Source of the DNA: an uncultured Candidatus Peribacteria bacterium | Lineage (GTDB): Bacteria; Patescibacteriota; Gracilibacteria; UBA1369; LOWO2-01-FULL-3 | Direction: 5' to 3' | Length of the DNA stretch: 35,496 nucleotides | NCBI GenBank assembly: GCA_964385295.1 | Contig: CAYLOL010000002.1 | Coordinates: 1 to 35,496 of the forward strand | Part shown: positions 8,219-16,262 of the stretch, piece by piece | Numbering within the stretch: position 1 is the first letter of the stretch | Layout of the letters: each line of letters opens with the position of its first letter | Position numbers and translations under genes: made by a program | Notes under the pieces: generated by a model | Database searches by the model: none | Seen by the model: only the letters and a program-made list of their open reading frames with translations | Told to the model about the DNA's origin: nothing

Positions 8219-10189
8219 ATGGATAAATTTGTATTAAAAACCGAGATGACGCCGAAGGGGGACCAGCCTCAGGCGATTAAAAAGATTGTGAAAAATTTGA
8301 AAAATAAGAAAAAATACCAAACACTTCTTGGTGTAACCGGATCTGGTAAAACTTTTACGATGGCAAAAGTTGTGGAGGCGATTCAGAGGCCGACGCTTGT
8401 GCTTGCGCACAACAAGACTCTTGCAGCGCAGCTTTGCAGTGAGTTCCAGGAGTTTTTTCCTGATAATGCGGTGAGTTATTTCGTTTCTTATTATGATTAC
8501 TATCAACCGGAAGCTTATATGCCAGCGACTGATACTTATATTGAAAAGGATGCGTCTATCAATGAGGAAATCGCGAAGTTTCGACATGCGGCTACTTCAA
8601 ATCTTTTGACTAGGCGTGATGTTTTGATCGTTGCTTCTGTGTCTTGTATATACGGTCTTGGTTCTGCTGAGTCGTATGAGGATTTGGCGAGGACTATTAA
8701 GGTAGGGGATGTGTTGGAGCGAGAGAAATTTTTACGGCAGCTGACAGAAATGCAGTATACGAGATCGAATATGGATTTTAAAAATGGAATGTTCCATGTA
8801 CTAGGGGATACGGTGGAGGTGTTCCCGCCGGACAGAGATACGATTTTCCGGATTGAGTTTTTTGGCGATGATGTAGAGGCGATTACGGAGGTGGAGACGT
8901 TTACCGGAGAAGTGAAGGCTGAGCTTGAGAGTGTGAAAATTTTCCCATCAAAGCATGATGTGACTACTCCGGAGAAGATCGAAGGGGCGGTTAAGGGTAT
9001 CGAGGCGGACTTGAAAATACGATATGACCAACTGAAGAAAATTGGCAAAAATCTTGAAGCGGAGCGAATTAAAACTCGTACGGAATATGATATTGAGATA
9101 CTAATGGAGACAGGATATTGCAATGGAATCGAAAATTATACTCGGTATCTAAATGGTTCTGAGCCTGGTGAGCCACCAACTACGTTGATGGATTATTTGC
9201 CGAAGGATTTTGTGTTGTTTATCGATGAATCCCATATGTCTGTGCCACAGATTGGTGGAATGCATGAGGGGAATCGGTCGAGGAAGACTACTTTGATTGA
9301 GCATGGGTTTAGGATGCCGTCTTCACATGATAATAGACCGCTGAAGTTTCCGGAGTTTGAGAAATATATGAATAATACGGTTTTTGTTTCGGCTACTCCA
9401 GGAAAATATGAGTATGCCAATACGAAAAAAGCCGACTTCGTGGAGCTTGTAGTGAGGCCGACTGGATTGCTTGATCCAGAGTTGGAGGTTCGTCCGACAA
9501 AAGGGCAGATTGAGAATTTGATTGGCGAGATCGGGAAGCGGGTGAAAGTTGGAGAGCGTGTCTTGATCACTACTCTTACAAAGCGAAGTGCGGAGGATCT
9601 TACGGACTTTTTGAGCGATGCGGACATTCGTGTGCGCTATTTGCATTCGGATATTGATACGATCGAGAGGATTGAAATATTGCAGGATTTGAGGCTTGGG
9701 AAATTTGATGTTTTGGTTGGTATTAATCTGTTGCGTGAAGGATTGGATCTGCCGGAGGTGAGTTTGGTTGCTATTTTGGATGCGGACAAACAGGGATTTC
9801 TGCGAAGTGCGAGTGCGCTTATTCAGACCATTGGTCGATGTGCGAGAAATTCTAATGGAAGGGTGATAATGTATGCGGATAAAAGGACTGATGCTATGGA
9901 GAAGGCTATTGGAGAGACGGAACGTAGGAGGGAGAAGCAGAAGATATATAATAAGAAGCATGGCATTACACCTGAGACTATCAAAAAGGCTGTGCGTGAT
10001 ATTAGTCACTTTGGTGGTGCGAAGAAACCAAGGAAAGGTCAACTAGATGTTAAGAAGATTCCAAAAGAGGAAATCGGAAGACTTATCAAGTCAATGGATG
10101 CAAAAATGGAGCTTGCGAGTCAGAATATGGAGTTTGAGAAAGCTGCGGAGTTGAGAGATGAGATAGAGAGGCTCCAGGAGGAGCTTTAA
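8219..10189 (+). CDS. uvrB: Excinuclease ABC subunit B
   Basis: Has Walker A GVTGSGKTFT, conserved YYDYYQPEAY, helicase motifs, and the C-terminal UVR domain (FEKAAELRDEIERL). Length is 656 aa. Confidence 0.97.
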   Translation: MDKFVLKTEMTPKGDQPQAIKKIVKNLKNKKKYQTLLGVTGSGKTFTMAKVVEAIQRPTLVLAHNKTLAAQLCSEFQEFFPDNAVSYFVSYYDYYQPEAYMPATDTYIEKDASINEEIAKFRHAATSNLLTRRDVLIVASVSCIYGLGSAESYEDLARTIKVGDVLEREKFLRQLTEMQYTRSNMDFKNGMFHVLGDTVEVFPPDRDTIFRIEFFGDDVEAITEVETFTGEVKAELESVKIFPSKHDVTTPEKIEGAVKGIEADLKIRYDQLKKIGKNLEAERIKTRTEYDIEILMETGYCNGIENYTRYLNGSEPGEPPTTLMDYLPKDFVLFIDESHMSVPQIGGMHEGNRSRKTTLIEHGFRMPSSHDNRPLKFPEFEKYMNNTVFVSATPGKYEYANTKKADFVELVVRPTGLLDPELEVRPTKGQIENLIGEIGKRVKVGERVLITTLTKRSAEDLTDFLSDADIRVRYLHSDIDTIERIEILQDLRLGKFDVLVGINLLREGLDLPEVSLVAILDADKQGFLRSASALIQTIGRCARNSNGRVIMYADKRTDAMEKAIGETERRREKQKIYNKKHGITPETIKKAVRDISHFGGAKKPRKGQLDVKKIPKEEIGRLIKSMDAKMELASQNMEFEKAAELRDEIERLQEEL

Positions 10190-10734
10190 ATTTCAATACT
10201 TTCCAAGAGGGCTTTTATATGGTCTCGGAATTTCTCAATTTCTTCCATTATTGTTCTGTATTTCATTAATTCCCCTGGCGTATGTGTTCTTGCTTGAGCT
10301 GAAAAGGAAGTGACTTGTATAGGTTTATCTTTGAGGAATATGGAATCTTTTCTATCTCGAGGTGTTTGTAGGAGTAGAAGCTCAGTTGGGTTTACCCGGA
10401 GTTCTGAGTTGAGGAGTTTGGCTACAGAGAAATCTCCTCTTTCTAATATCTCACGGGTTTTGAGAATCATGGTGCCTGGTAAGTCTTCGTGCGTGCTTAT
10501 CGACTGTTCTCTTCGGCCGTTACTTAGAGCTAATGCTTTTTTTGGCGTTAGCTGGGTTTTAGTATCTATGGATGGTTGAAACGGCTGCGTTTCAGATGCT
10601 TCCTTGGCTTTAACATTTACCTTTTTACGTAACTCAACAATTTCGTGTAGAAGTTTATTAAGAGTAGTTTCAGGTTGAGATATCCTGTCGATTAATTCGT
10701 GTAGGTCTTTCTCGTCTGTTTTTTCCGTAGGCAT
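10186..10734 (-). CDS. Hypothetical protein (182 aa)
   Basis: I trimmed the tracked 251-aa ORF to the ATG at 10734. The extension overlaps the 3' end of the DUF2207 gene. A strong promoter-like element lies just upstream. I recognise no motif. Confidence 0.5.
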   Translation of the reverse strand: MPTEKTDEKDLHELIDRISQPETTLNKLLHEIVELRKKVNVKAKEASETQPFQPSIDTKTQLTPKKALALSNGRREQSISTHEDLPGTMILKTREILERGDFSVAKLLNSELRVNPTELLLLQTPRDRKDSIFLKDKPIQVTSFSAQARTHTPGELMKYRTIMEEIEKFRDHIKALLESIEI

Positions 10735-10767
10735 AAAATTGGCGGTTATTTTTTTAGTGTAGCAACT

Positions 10768-10796
10768 TTTATACCTTTTTTTGAAAGATTTGTCAA
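10768..10796 (-). promoter_or_regulatory. Sigma70-like promoter candidate (minus strand)
   Basis: On the minus strand: TTGACA, a 17-nt spacer, then TATAAA. It ends about 33 nt upstream of the ATG at 10734. Confidence 0.5.
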
Positions 10797-10810
10797 GTCT
10801 GGGAAGAGCG

Positions 10811-12577
10811 TTAGAGTCCGTGTCCACCACCACCACCAAAGCCACCACCAGAGAAACCTCCTGAGAAGCCACTGCTGCCTCCCCATGCTCCACCTTTACC
10901 GCCTGGGCGAGATGTGATGTTCTTTGTGAGAGTTTTTCCAATTCCGCTTAAATCGTCTGCGAATGCCTTCATCCCGAAAGGGCTGTGCCCCCAGCCATGG
11001 TATGGGTGATACCAAGATGGAGGATCTTTGATGAGACCATCGAAAGCTTTTGACCATTTCTTGATTAGGCCAAATGACATTGCGTATGGAAGGAGTTTTT
11101 CAAACATTATATTGTTCTCTTCTTGGAATTTCATTCGGTCTTTTTCCGCTGTGTTTATATATTCGTAGAGACCTTTCAATACATAGTATGTTTCGGTTCC
11201 TTTCGTTGTTTTGCGAGGCATGAAGTTTCCGAAGACTGCGACTATTGCCCCAGAGATACTTCCTAGTATTGCTGCGAGTGGGCTTATTGCTGGGAATATA
11301 TTTACACTGATTATTATGATTGCTGCGCCTATTCCTACGTATGTTGCGCGAATTGTTTTCGGATTGTGCGGGAAGTAGTCATCTTTGATGAGTTGGCTCA
11401 TTATTTCTTTGCGGATGTTTTTAACATCTTTGTAGAAGCTGTTTTTTAGTTCTGAAATTAATTTTTTCTCGCCTGCTGCGTTGTTGTCGAAGATGGCGTC
11501 TAGAATGAGAGCTTCAAATGGTTTGTTTGTTGAGTATGGTTTTAATAATTCGAGTTCGTGTTTAGTTTTTGTGCCGATGAGTTTTTTCTTTTCAATTTCG
11601 TTGATTCGGATATAGCCTTTGATTGCATAGTCGATTATTGTAGCAGTGATGTCTTTTGGGTCTAATTTTTCGTCGATTAATGTGCCGGTTTCTGTTGGGG
11701 AGAGGCCCTTTGGTGGATGATAATGGGGTATTATTGTGTCGCGAACTGTTTGATCATCTCGGCCTTTCTTGCGCCATAGTGTCCACATCCCCATTAGAAC
11801 TATGAGTGGAATTGATAGTGGGGAATATTTTAATAATTGGTTGAAGAATGTTTCTGTAGCAGATGGAGGGGGGATTGTCCCTGGCGGCATTCCGAGGACG
11901 ATGCTCAAGTTTTCGTATTCGTCGAAGCTTCTGGTTGAGTTGAAGACTATTGTTTCTGGGTCGCGGATTGTCCATCTACAATCTTTTTCTGATGATCCCC
12001 ATGCTCCAGTAAAGCAGTCTACTTGTAGATCTTTTTGGTCTATTGGTTGTGGAAGATGGATTGTTGCGGTTACTCGGCTTGTTGGTACTGGCCAATCTGG
12101 TCCATTAATATTCCAGTAAAATTCGTCATGAGGAAATGTATTTTTCTTTAGGGCTTTTTTCTGATCGAAGAAAGTGATTATGTTGTCAGCCTTGTATGTA
12201 ACTTTGTATGTGTGACTGTCGTTGTCGGGAGTGCCTTTATGATTTTGCATTTCAACGACTAGATATCCCGAATCTGTATACACGGTGTTGTCCCAAGCAT
12301 TTCCTTCTTTGTCGGCTGCGTTAATGAATTCTATCTCTGCGTTGTAATCTGCCAGGGGATTGTCGTATAAGTATGGGATTTCTCGTGCGATACCTTTGTG
12401 AGCTTCATTTGCAAAATCAGCAACTATTGTTTCAACTATGATTGCTTGCCCGTCTTGAGAAATGGTTATGTCGGAATTGAACGAAGTTATTTCCCAGCCT
12501 TCCGTGGCTGCGAATGCAGATATACTCGAGAGGGCAAAAATGCCCAATATCAGTAGTGTTTTAAAGGAATGAGGCAT
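10811..12577 (-). CDS. DUF2207-like membrane protein with a Gly-rich C-terminal tail
   Basis: Has a signal peptide (LLILGIFALSSISAFAAT), a large extracytoplasmic N-domain, several TM helices and a C-terminal GGSSGFSGGFSGGGFGGGGGHG tail. This architecture and the adjacency to LemA match my recollection of DUF2207 proteins. Confidence 0.75.
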   Translation of the reverse strand: MPHSFKTLLILGIFALSSISAFAATEGWEITSFNSDITISQDGQAIIVETIVADFANEAHKGIAREIPYLYDNPLADYNAEIEFINAADKEGNAWDNTVYTDSGYLVVEMQNHKGTPDNDSHTYKVTYKADNIITFFDQKKALKKNTFPHDEFYWNINGPDWPVPTSRVTATIHLPQPIDQKDLQVDCFTGAWGSSEKDCRWTIRDPETIVFNSTRSFDEYENLSIVLGMPPGTIPPPSATETFFNQLLKYSPLSIPLIVLMGMWTLWRKKGRDDQTVRDTIIPHYHPPKGLSPTETGTLIDEKLDPKDITATIIDYAIKGYIRINEIEKKKLIGTKTKHELELLKPYSTNKPFEALILDAIFDNNAAGEKKLISELKNSFYKDVKNIRKEIMSQLIKDDYFPHNPKTIRATYVGIGAAIIIISVNIFPAISPLAAILGSISGAIVAVFGNFMPRKTTKGTETYYVLKGLYEYINTAEKDRMKFQEENNIMFEKLLPYAMSFGLIKKWSKAFDGLIKDPPSWYHPYHGWGHSPFGMKAFADDLSGIGKTLTKNITSRPGGKGGAWGGSSGFSGGFSGGGFGGGGGHGL

Positions 12578-12580
12578 GTT

Positions 12581-13423
12581 TTATTGTGGCTTTTCTTCTT
12601 CTACTGGAGCTTCTGGGGCAGGTTCTGTAGGTACTGCTGGTGTCGCTGGCGCTTCAGGTTCAGGCGTTTTCTCTGGTTCTGGGGCAGGAGCTGCAGGAGC
12701 AGGTTCAGCAGAAGCTTCAATTACAGGTTCAGGAGTTGGTTCTGGCTCCGGAACGGCTTCTGGTGCAGCTGGAGTTGGTTCTGGCTCCGGAACGGCTTCT
12801 GGTGCAGCTGGCGCTTCCTCTGGCGTTCCTTCTACTTCTGCGTCAACCATTGGAGCTGGTTCAGCTTGTTTTTCTTCTTTATCAAAGCTAACTTTTACGT
12901 TGTCTTTTTCTTCATCAGTAGCTTGGAAGAATTCTTCTGCCTTGAATCCTAATGGCCCAGCCATAAGGTTTTTTGTGAAGACTTTGATCTTGTTATTGAA
13001 GTATTTAACTGTTCCATTGTAATACCTTCGTGCTAATTGTAGAGCTTCTTCTATTTCTTTTAATGTTTGTTGTAGTTGCATGAAATTCTGGTTTGCCTTC
13101 AATTCTGGATAGTTTTCAGCCAATGCGAAGATTGATTTCAATGTGCTTGATAGCATATTTTCAGCTTGTTCTTTGTCTTGCACAGATTGTGCGTTCATAG
13201 CTGCAGTTCGGGCTTGGACAACTTTTTCGAATGTTCCACTTTCGTGCGAGGCGTATCCTTTTACGGTTTCAACGATGTTTGGGATCAGGTCATATCGACG
13301 TTTGAGTTGAGTGTCGATGTCTGCCCATGCTTCTTTTACTTTGTTTCGTAGACGGACCAGGCTGTTGTATAGGAACGCAACAAGCGCACCCACAACGACT
13401 AATACTAGGAGTAGAATGTACAT
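12581..13423 (-). CDS. lemA: LemA family protein with a C-terminal Pro/Glu/Ala-rich extension
   Basis: An N-terminal TM helix is followed by YNSLVRLRNKVKEAWADIDTQLKRRYDLIPNIVETVKGYASHE, which is LemA-like. About 90 extra C-terminal residues are PE/PA repeats. The stop lies 3 nt before the start of the DUF2207 gene. Confidence 0.85.
   Translation of the reverse strand: MYILLLVLVVVGALVAFLYNSLVRLRNKVKEAWADIDTQLKRRYDLIPNIVETVKGYASHESGTFEKVVQARTAAMNAQSVQDKEQAENMLSSTLKSIFALAENYPELKANQNFMQLQQTLKEIEEALQLARRYYNGTVKYFNNKIKVFTKNLMAGPLGFKAEEFFQATDEEKDNVKVSFDKEEKQAEPAPMVDAEVEGTPEEAPAAPEAVPEPEPTPAAPEAVPEPEPTPEPVIEASAEPAPAAPAPEPEKTPEPEAPATPAVPTEPAPEAPVEEEKPQ
12732..12809. repeat. Perfect 39-bp tandem duplication inside the lemA tail
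   Basis: GGAGTTGGTTCTGGCTCCGGAACGGCTTCTGGTGCAGCT occurs twice back to back (12732-12770 and 12771-12809). It encodes TPAAPEAVPEPEP twice on the minus strand. Confidence 0.9.
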
Positions 13424-13459
13424 TTTTTGTAAGGTTATATTCTAAAAATACCGATGTTT

Positions 13460-13487
13460 ATTATACTTGAATAATGGTGGATAGCAA
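13460..13487 (-). promoter_or_regulatory. Sigma70-like promoter candidate for lemA
   Basis: On the minus strand: TTGCTA, a 16-nt spacer, then TATAAT. It lies about 36 nt upstream of the lemA ATG. Confidence 0.45.
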
Positions 13488-13516
13488 ATTCGGAGTTTGG
13501 GGGAGTTTTTTATTGG

Positions 13517-14176
13517 TTACTGACTGTCTTCTGCCATTTTTGCTATCTGTTTTCTTTTTTTCTCTTCGAGTTTCGCGATTCTTCTAATTTGATCTCTGAA
13601 AAAATCTACATTTTTTACTATTTCATCTATGTTTGGAGTTTCCAACATCCTGTTTAGCTTTAGGAAGAGTGGGTTGTTGTAAGCTTTTCTGTTTGCTACG
13701 TCTGTTCGTATTCTTACCTTTGGGCCATTTTGTGTTGGAACGGCTAACCATGTTTCTAGTTTTGGCTCTAGGCCCTGGTTCGCGAAAATTGCATCTCGGG
13801 CAACGCGTAAACTTTCAAAATCGTAGTATACGCCATTGAAATTATTTACATCACATTCTTGCCCTAATGCACCTGGTTTTAGTGGATAGAATTGTTGATT
13901 TACGGAAGAAAGGATTGCTCCATACTTTTCAAAGGCCTTCCTGTGACATTTCAATTGATTATTCGCATCTTTATCCACTAGTTTGATAGGAGTGTTCATT
14001 GCTCTTTTTTGTGCTGCCCTTATCTCAGTCTGCAAGTCTTGAGTACAACTTGGTGTTGTTACAAGCGTCATTACTACTGCCATTAAAAGTAATATTTTTG
14101 TTTGGAAGCTTTTCCTTAATTCTCCAAGTCCTCCTCCTGATTGTTCGGGTGTTTCTAAGCTTCTCATGGTAAACAT
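13517..14176 (-). CDS. Hypothetical secreted protein or lipoprotein (219 aa)
   Basis: The hydrophobic N-terminal segment ILLLMAVVMTLVTTPSC ends in Cys and resembles a lipoprotein signal, though the lipobox is not canonical. I recognise no other motif. Confidence 0.6.
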   Translation of the reverse strand: MFTMRSLETPEQSGGGLGELRKSFQTKILLLMAVVMTLVTTPSCTQDLQTEIRAAQKRAMNTPIKLVDKDANNQLKCHRKAFEKYGAILSSVNQQFYPLKPGALGQECDVNNFNGVYYDFESLRVARDAIFANQGLEPKLETWLAVPTQNGPKVRIRTDVANRKAYNNPLFLKLNRMLETPNIDEIVKNVDFFRDQIRRIAKLEEKKRKQIAKMAEDSQ

Positions 14177-14188
14177 TAAAAGCTGTAC

Positions 14189-14217
14189 ATTCTGCCAGAA
14201 TTAAACAGTTTTGTCAA
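14189..14217 (-). promoter_or_regulatory. Sigma70-like promoter candidate
   Basis: On the minus strand: TTGACA, a 17-nt spacer, then CAGAAT. It ends 12 nt before the ATG at 14176. Confidence 0.4.
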
Positions 14218-14219
14218 CC

Positions 14220-15089
14220 CTAGGCATCTATTCCAAAGTATTGCTTAATTACGTATCCAATGAAGAAGTTAATTGCTGCTACGGCAAGGCTTATTGAGAC
14301 CATCTCGAAGAATTTTTTCTTGAAGGAGAGGTTGCGTGCGACGGCAGAGTAAAAGGTGAAAAGGAAGATTATTATCACCCCGATACCTAAGCTGGTTCCG
14401 AGTGCTACGAACGGATTTGTGGCTATGAAGAATGGAGTGATCAGTAGGGCTACTGTGATTAAATACGTGATTCCTGTTATTAATGCGGCTTTTATTGGGT
14501 TTTCGCCATCTTCTTCTTTGGTTGATAGGTATTCAGATGCGGCCATTGAGAGTGATGCTGCGATACCCGTGATGAGGCCGACTATCATTATTAGTCGGGT
14601 GTTTTGGAGGGCGAGGGTTAGGCCGGCGAGTGCTCCCGTTAGTTCTACTAATGCGTCGGAAAGGCCCAGAACTATCGAGCCCATGTATTGTAGTTCTTTT
14701 GTCTTTAGGACGCTGATTAGAGATTGTTCATGTTCTTCTTCGTCTTTTATTATTTGCTCTACGTGTGGGTTTATTTTTGTGAGTTTTTTGTAGGTTTTTT
14801 GTGCGAAATCTTCACCTCTTTCCATGAGTCTTACTGAGAAGGTAAGGCCTAGTACGTGTGCTGCGAAGGTAAACAAGAAGATTTTTGTGCGTGATGGGCT
14901 GACTTTTTCTTTTGTTAATGATTTCCAGAAATCATGATGGCGCATTTCGTCATCTGCGATGCGGTTTAGGATTTTTTTGTTTGCTACGAGAGGGGTGTAT
15001 TTTGCTAATTTTTTGTATACGAAGAATTCTGTGATTTCACTTTTTTGTGCTGCCAATACGGCTTTTTTAAGCTTTGGAGTGAGTTCCAT
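14220..15089 (-). CDS. Erythrin-VIT1 (MbfA-like) iron transporter: ferritin-like N-domain fused to a VIT1/CCC1 membrane domain
   Basis: The N-terminal four-helix-bundle motifs (EITEFFVYKKLA, DEMRHHDFW, EEEHEQS) resemble rubrerythrin/ferritin-like di-iron sites. The C-terminal part (GLSDALVELTGALAGL plus several TM helices) resembles VIT1/CCC1. Confidence 0.8.
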   Translation of the reverse strand: MELTPKLKKAVLAAQKSEITEFFVYKKLAKYTPLVANKKILNRIADDEMRHHDFWKSLTKEKVSPSRTKIFLFTFAAHVLGLTFSVRLMERGEDFAQKTYKKLTKINPHVEQIIKDEEEHEQSLISVLKTKELQYMGSIVLGLSDALVELTGALAGLTLALQNTRLIMIVGLITGIAASLSMAASEYLSTKEEDGENPIKAALITGITYLITVALLITPFFIATNPFVALGTSLGIGVIIIFLFTFYSAVARNLSFKKKFFEMVSISLAVAAINFFIGYVIKQYFGIDA

Positions 15090-15113
15090 TTGAATGGGTT
15101 CGTACAGATTTTA

Positions 15114-16181
15114 TCACTTTGTGACCGTGGATTTCAATGCCTGAAGGGTTTTGCGGGCGGTGGATAGCCAAGAGAAGGATTTGCTGTACTGGAAGGCTTT
15201 TTCGGTGAGTTTTTTGTTTGGGCGAGAGAGGGATTTTAGGATTAGGTGTGCGAGTTGTTTTGAATTTTTTGGAGGGAATGTGATGGCGTAATTTGAGTAT
15301 AGGCTTTTGAGACTGCCGCCAGTTGAGCAGATTACTGGTGTTTTGTAGCTCATTGCTTCTAATGGGGGGAGGCCAAACCCTTCGTAAATTGATGGGTAGA
15401 CGAACAGGGATGCATGTGAGAGATATGCGGCCTTTTGGTGTTCCGAGAGGTGGCCAGTGAGTATGATGTCGGGATTTTTGGTTGCTAATGTGGCTATATA
15501 GTCAGCTTTCCAGCCAGTGGCGCCGGCGAGGATGAGTTTGTGGGGGATTTTGGTGGATTTTTTTAGAGAGTTGAAGGCGGAGATGAGGGTTTCGAGGTTT
15601 TTGCGTGGTTCAATTGTGCCGAGATAGAGTATGTATGGTTCTTTGATAGGGGGTTTTGTATTTTTGATTGGCGGATTTATGCCGAGGGGGATGGTGGTAA
15701 TGGGACCGTGAGAGGGGTAATATTTGTTAATGTCGGAAGTTGTTGTTTGGCTTGCCGTAAGGATAAGGTTGGCTTTTTTGAGAATGCGCTTGAGAAGCAG
15801 TTTGTGCACTATTGTACTTTGTTTTACGTGGAATTGTGGGTATAGAAGGGGTGTAAGGTCATGGATAGTCACGGCGCGTTGTGTGGTTTTGGGTAAGCAG
15901 AATGGGCCTATGTGACATGGTTCTAGGACTATGTCTGGCTTTAGTTTTTGGATTAATTGTGGAATTAAGAAGAATTTGCGGTATGTGCCGTATCCTAGGA
16001 ATGATTTTTTGGGGATGATGTGGTGATTTGTACCCTTGAAGAAACTGTTTTTGCGTTCATGAATGAAGGAAAAAGTAGTCTTTTTGTCGATTTTCAAGAA
16101 ATTCTCAGCTAAGCGTTTTGTGTACATATGAACGCCAGCTTTTTGGTTGTCTATTGGGTCAGCGAGAATAAGTATGTGCAT
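15114..16181 (-). CDS. Glycosyltransferase, GT4 (GT-B fold) family
   Basis: C-terminal YPSIYEGFGLPPLEAMSYKTPVICS matches the E-x7-E retaining GT4 signature. Length is 355 aa. Confidence 0.85.
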   Translation of the reverse strand: MHILILADPIDNQKAGVHMYTKRLAENFLKIDKKTTFSFIHERKNSFFKGTNHHIIPKKSFLGYGTYRKFFLIPQLIQKLKPDIVLEPCHIGPFCLPKTTQRAVTIHDLTPLLYPQFHVKQSTIVHKLLLKRILKKANLILTASQTTTSDINKYYPSHGPITTIPLGINPPIKNTKPPIKEPYILYLGTIEPRKNLETLISAFNSLKKSTKIPHKLILAGATGWKADYIATLATKNPDIILTGHLSEHQKAAYLSHASLFVYPSIYEGFGLPPLEAMSYKTPVICSTGGSLKSLYSNYAITFPPKNSKQLAHLILKSLSRPNKKLTEKAFQYSKSFSWLSTARKTLQALKSTVTK

Positions 16182-16187
16182 GGTGAG

Positions 16188-16196
16188 ATTATATCA
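16188..16196 (-). promoter_or_regulatory. Extended -10 element (TGATATAAT) 6 nt upstream of the GT4 ATG
   Basis: The minus strand reads TGATATAAT-CTCACC-ATG, with no SD motif. The spacing implies a leaderless or near-leaderless mRNA. Confidence 0.4.
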
Positions 16197-16262
16197 GAAC
16201 TACTAGTGTTTGTGTTTGTTTGGCTAAGGCTCTTTACGCTGCTTGTTTTTTGTGGAAGGATT

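Noticed and set aside
8234-10042. Several minus-strand ORFs (117, 195, 144 and 239 aa) lie inside uvrB.
   Set aside because: They are antisense to a highly conserved gene, and their compositions are typical of shadow ORFs.
10735-10941. The tracked 251-aa ORF has an N-terminal extension. Similar extensions occur at 7331-7396, 18573-18623, 24383-24433, 25940-25960, 27290-27334, 6368-6436 and 3788-3799.
   Set aside because: The extensions overlap the upstream gene, begin on TTG or GTG, or disrupt expected N-terminal motifs or signal peptides. Internal ATGs give better gene models.
12569-13022. Three overlapping plus-strand ORFs (127, 148 and 83 aa) are rich in Gly, Ser, Ala or Trp, Arg, Phe.
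   Set aside because: They mirror the PE/PA-repeat tail of lemA on the opposite strand. Repeat DNA keeps all frames open.
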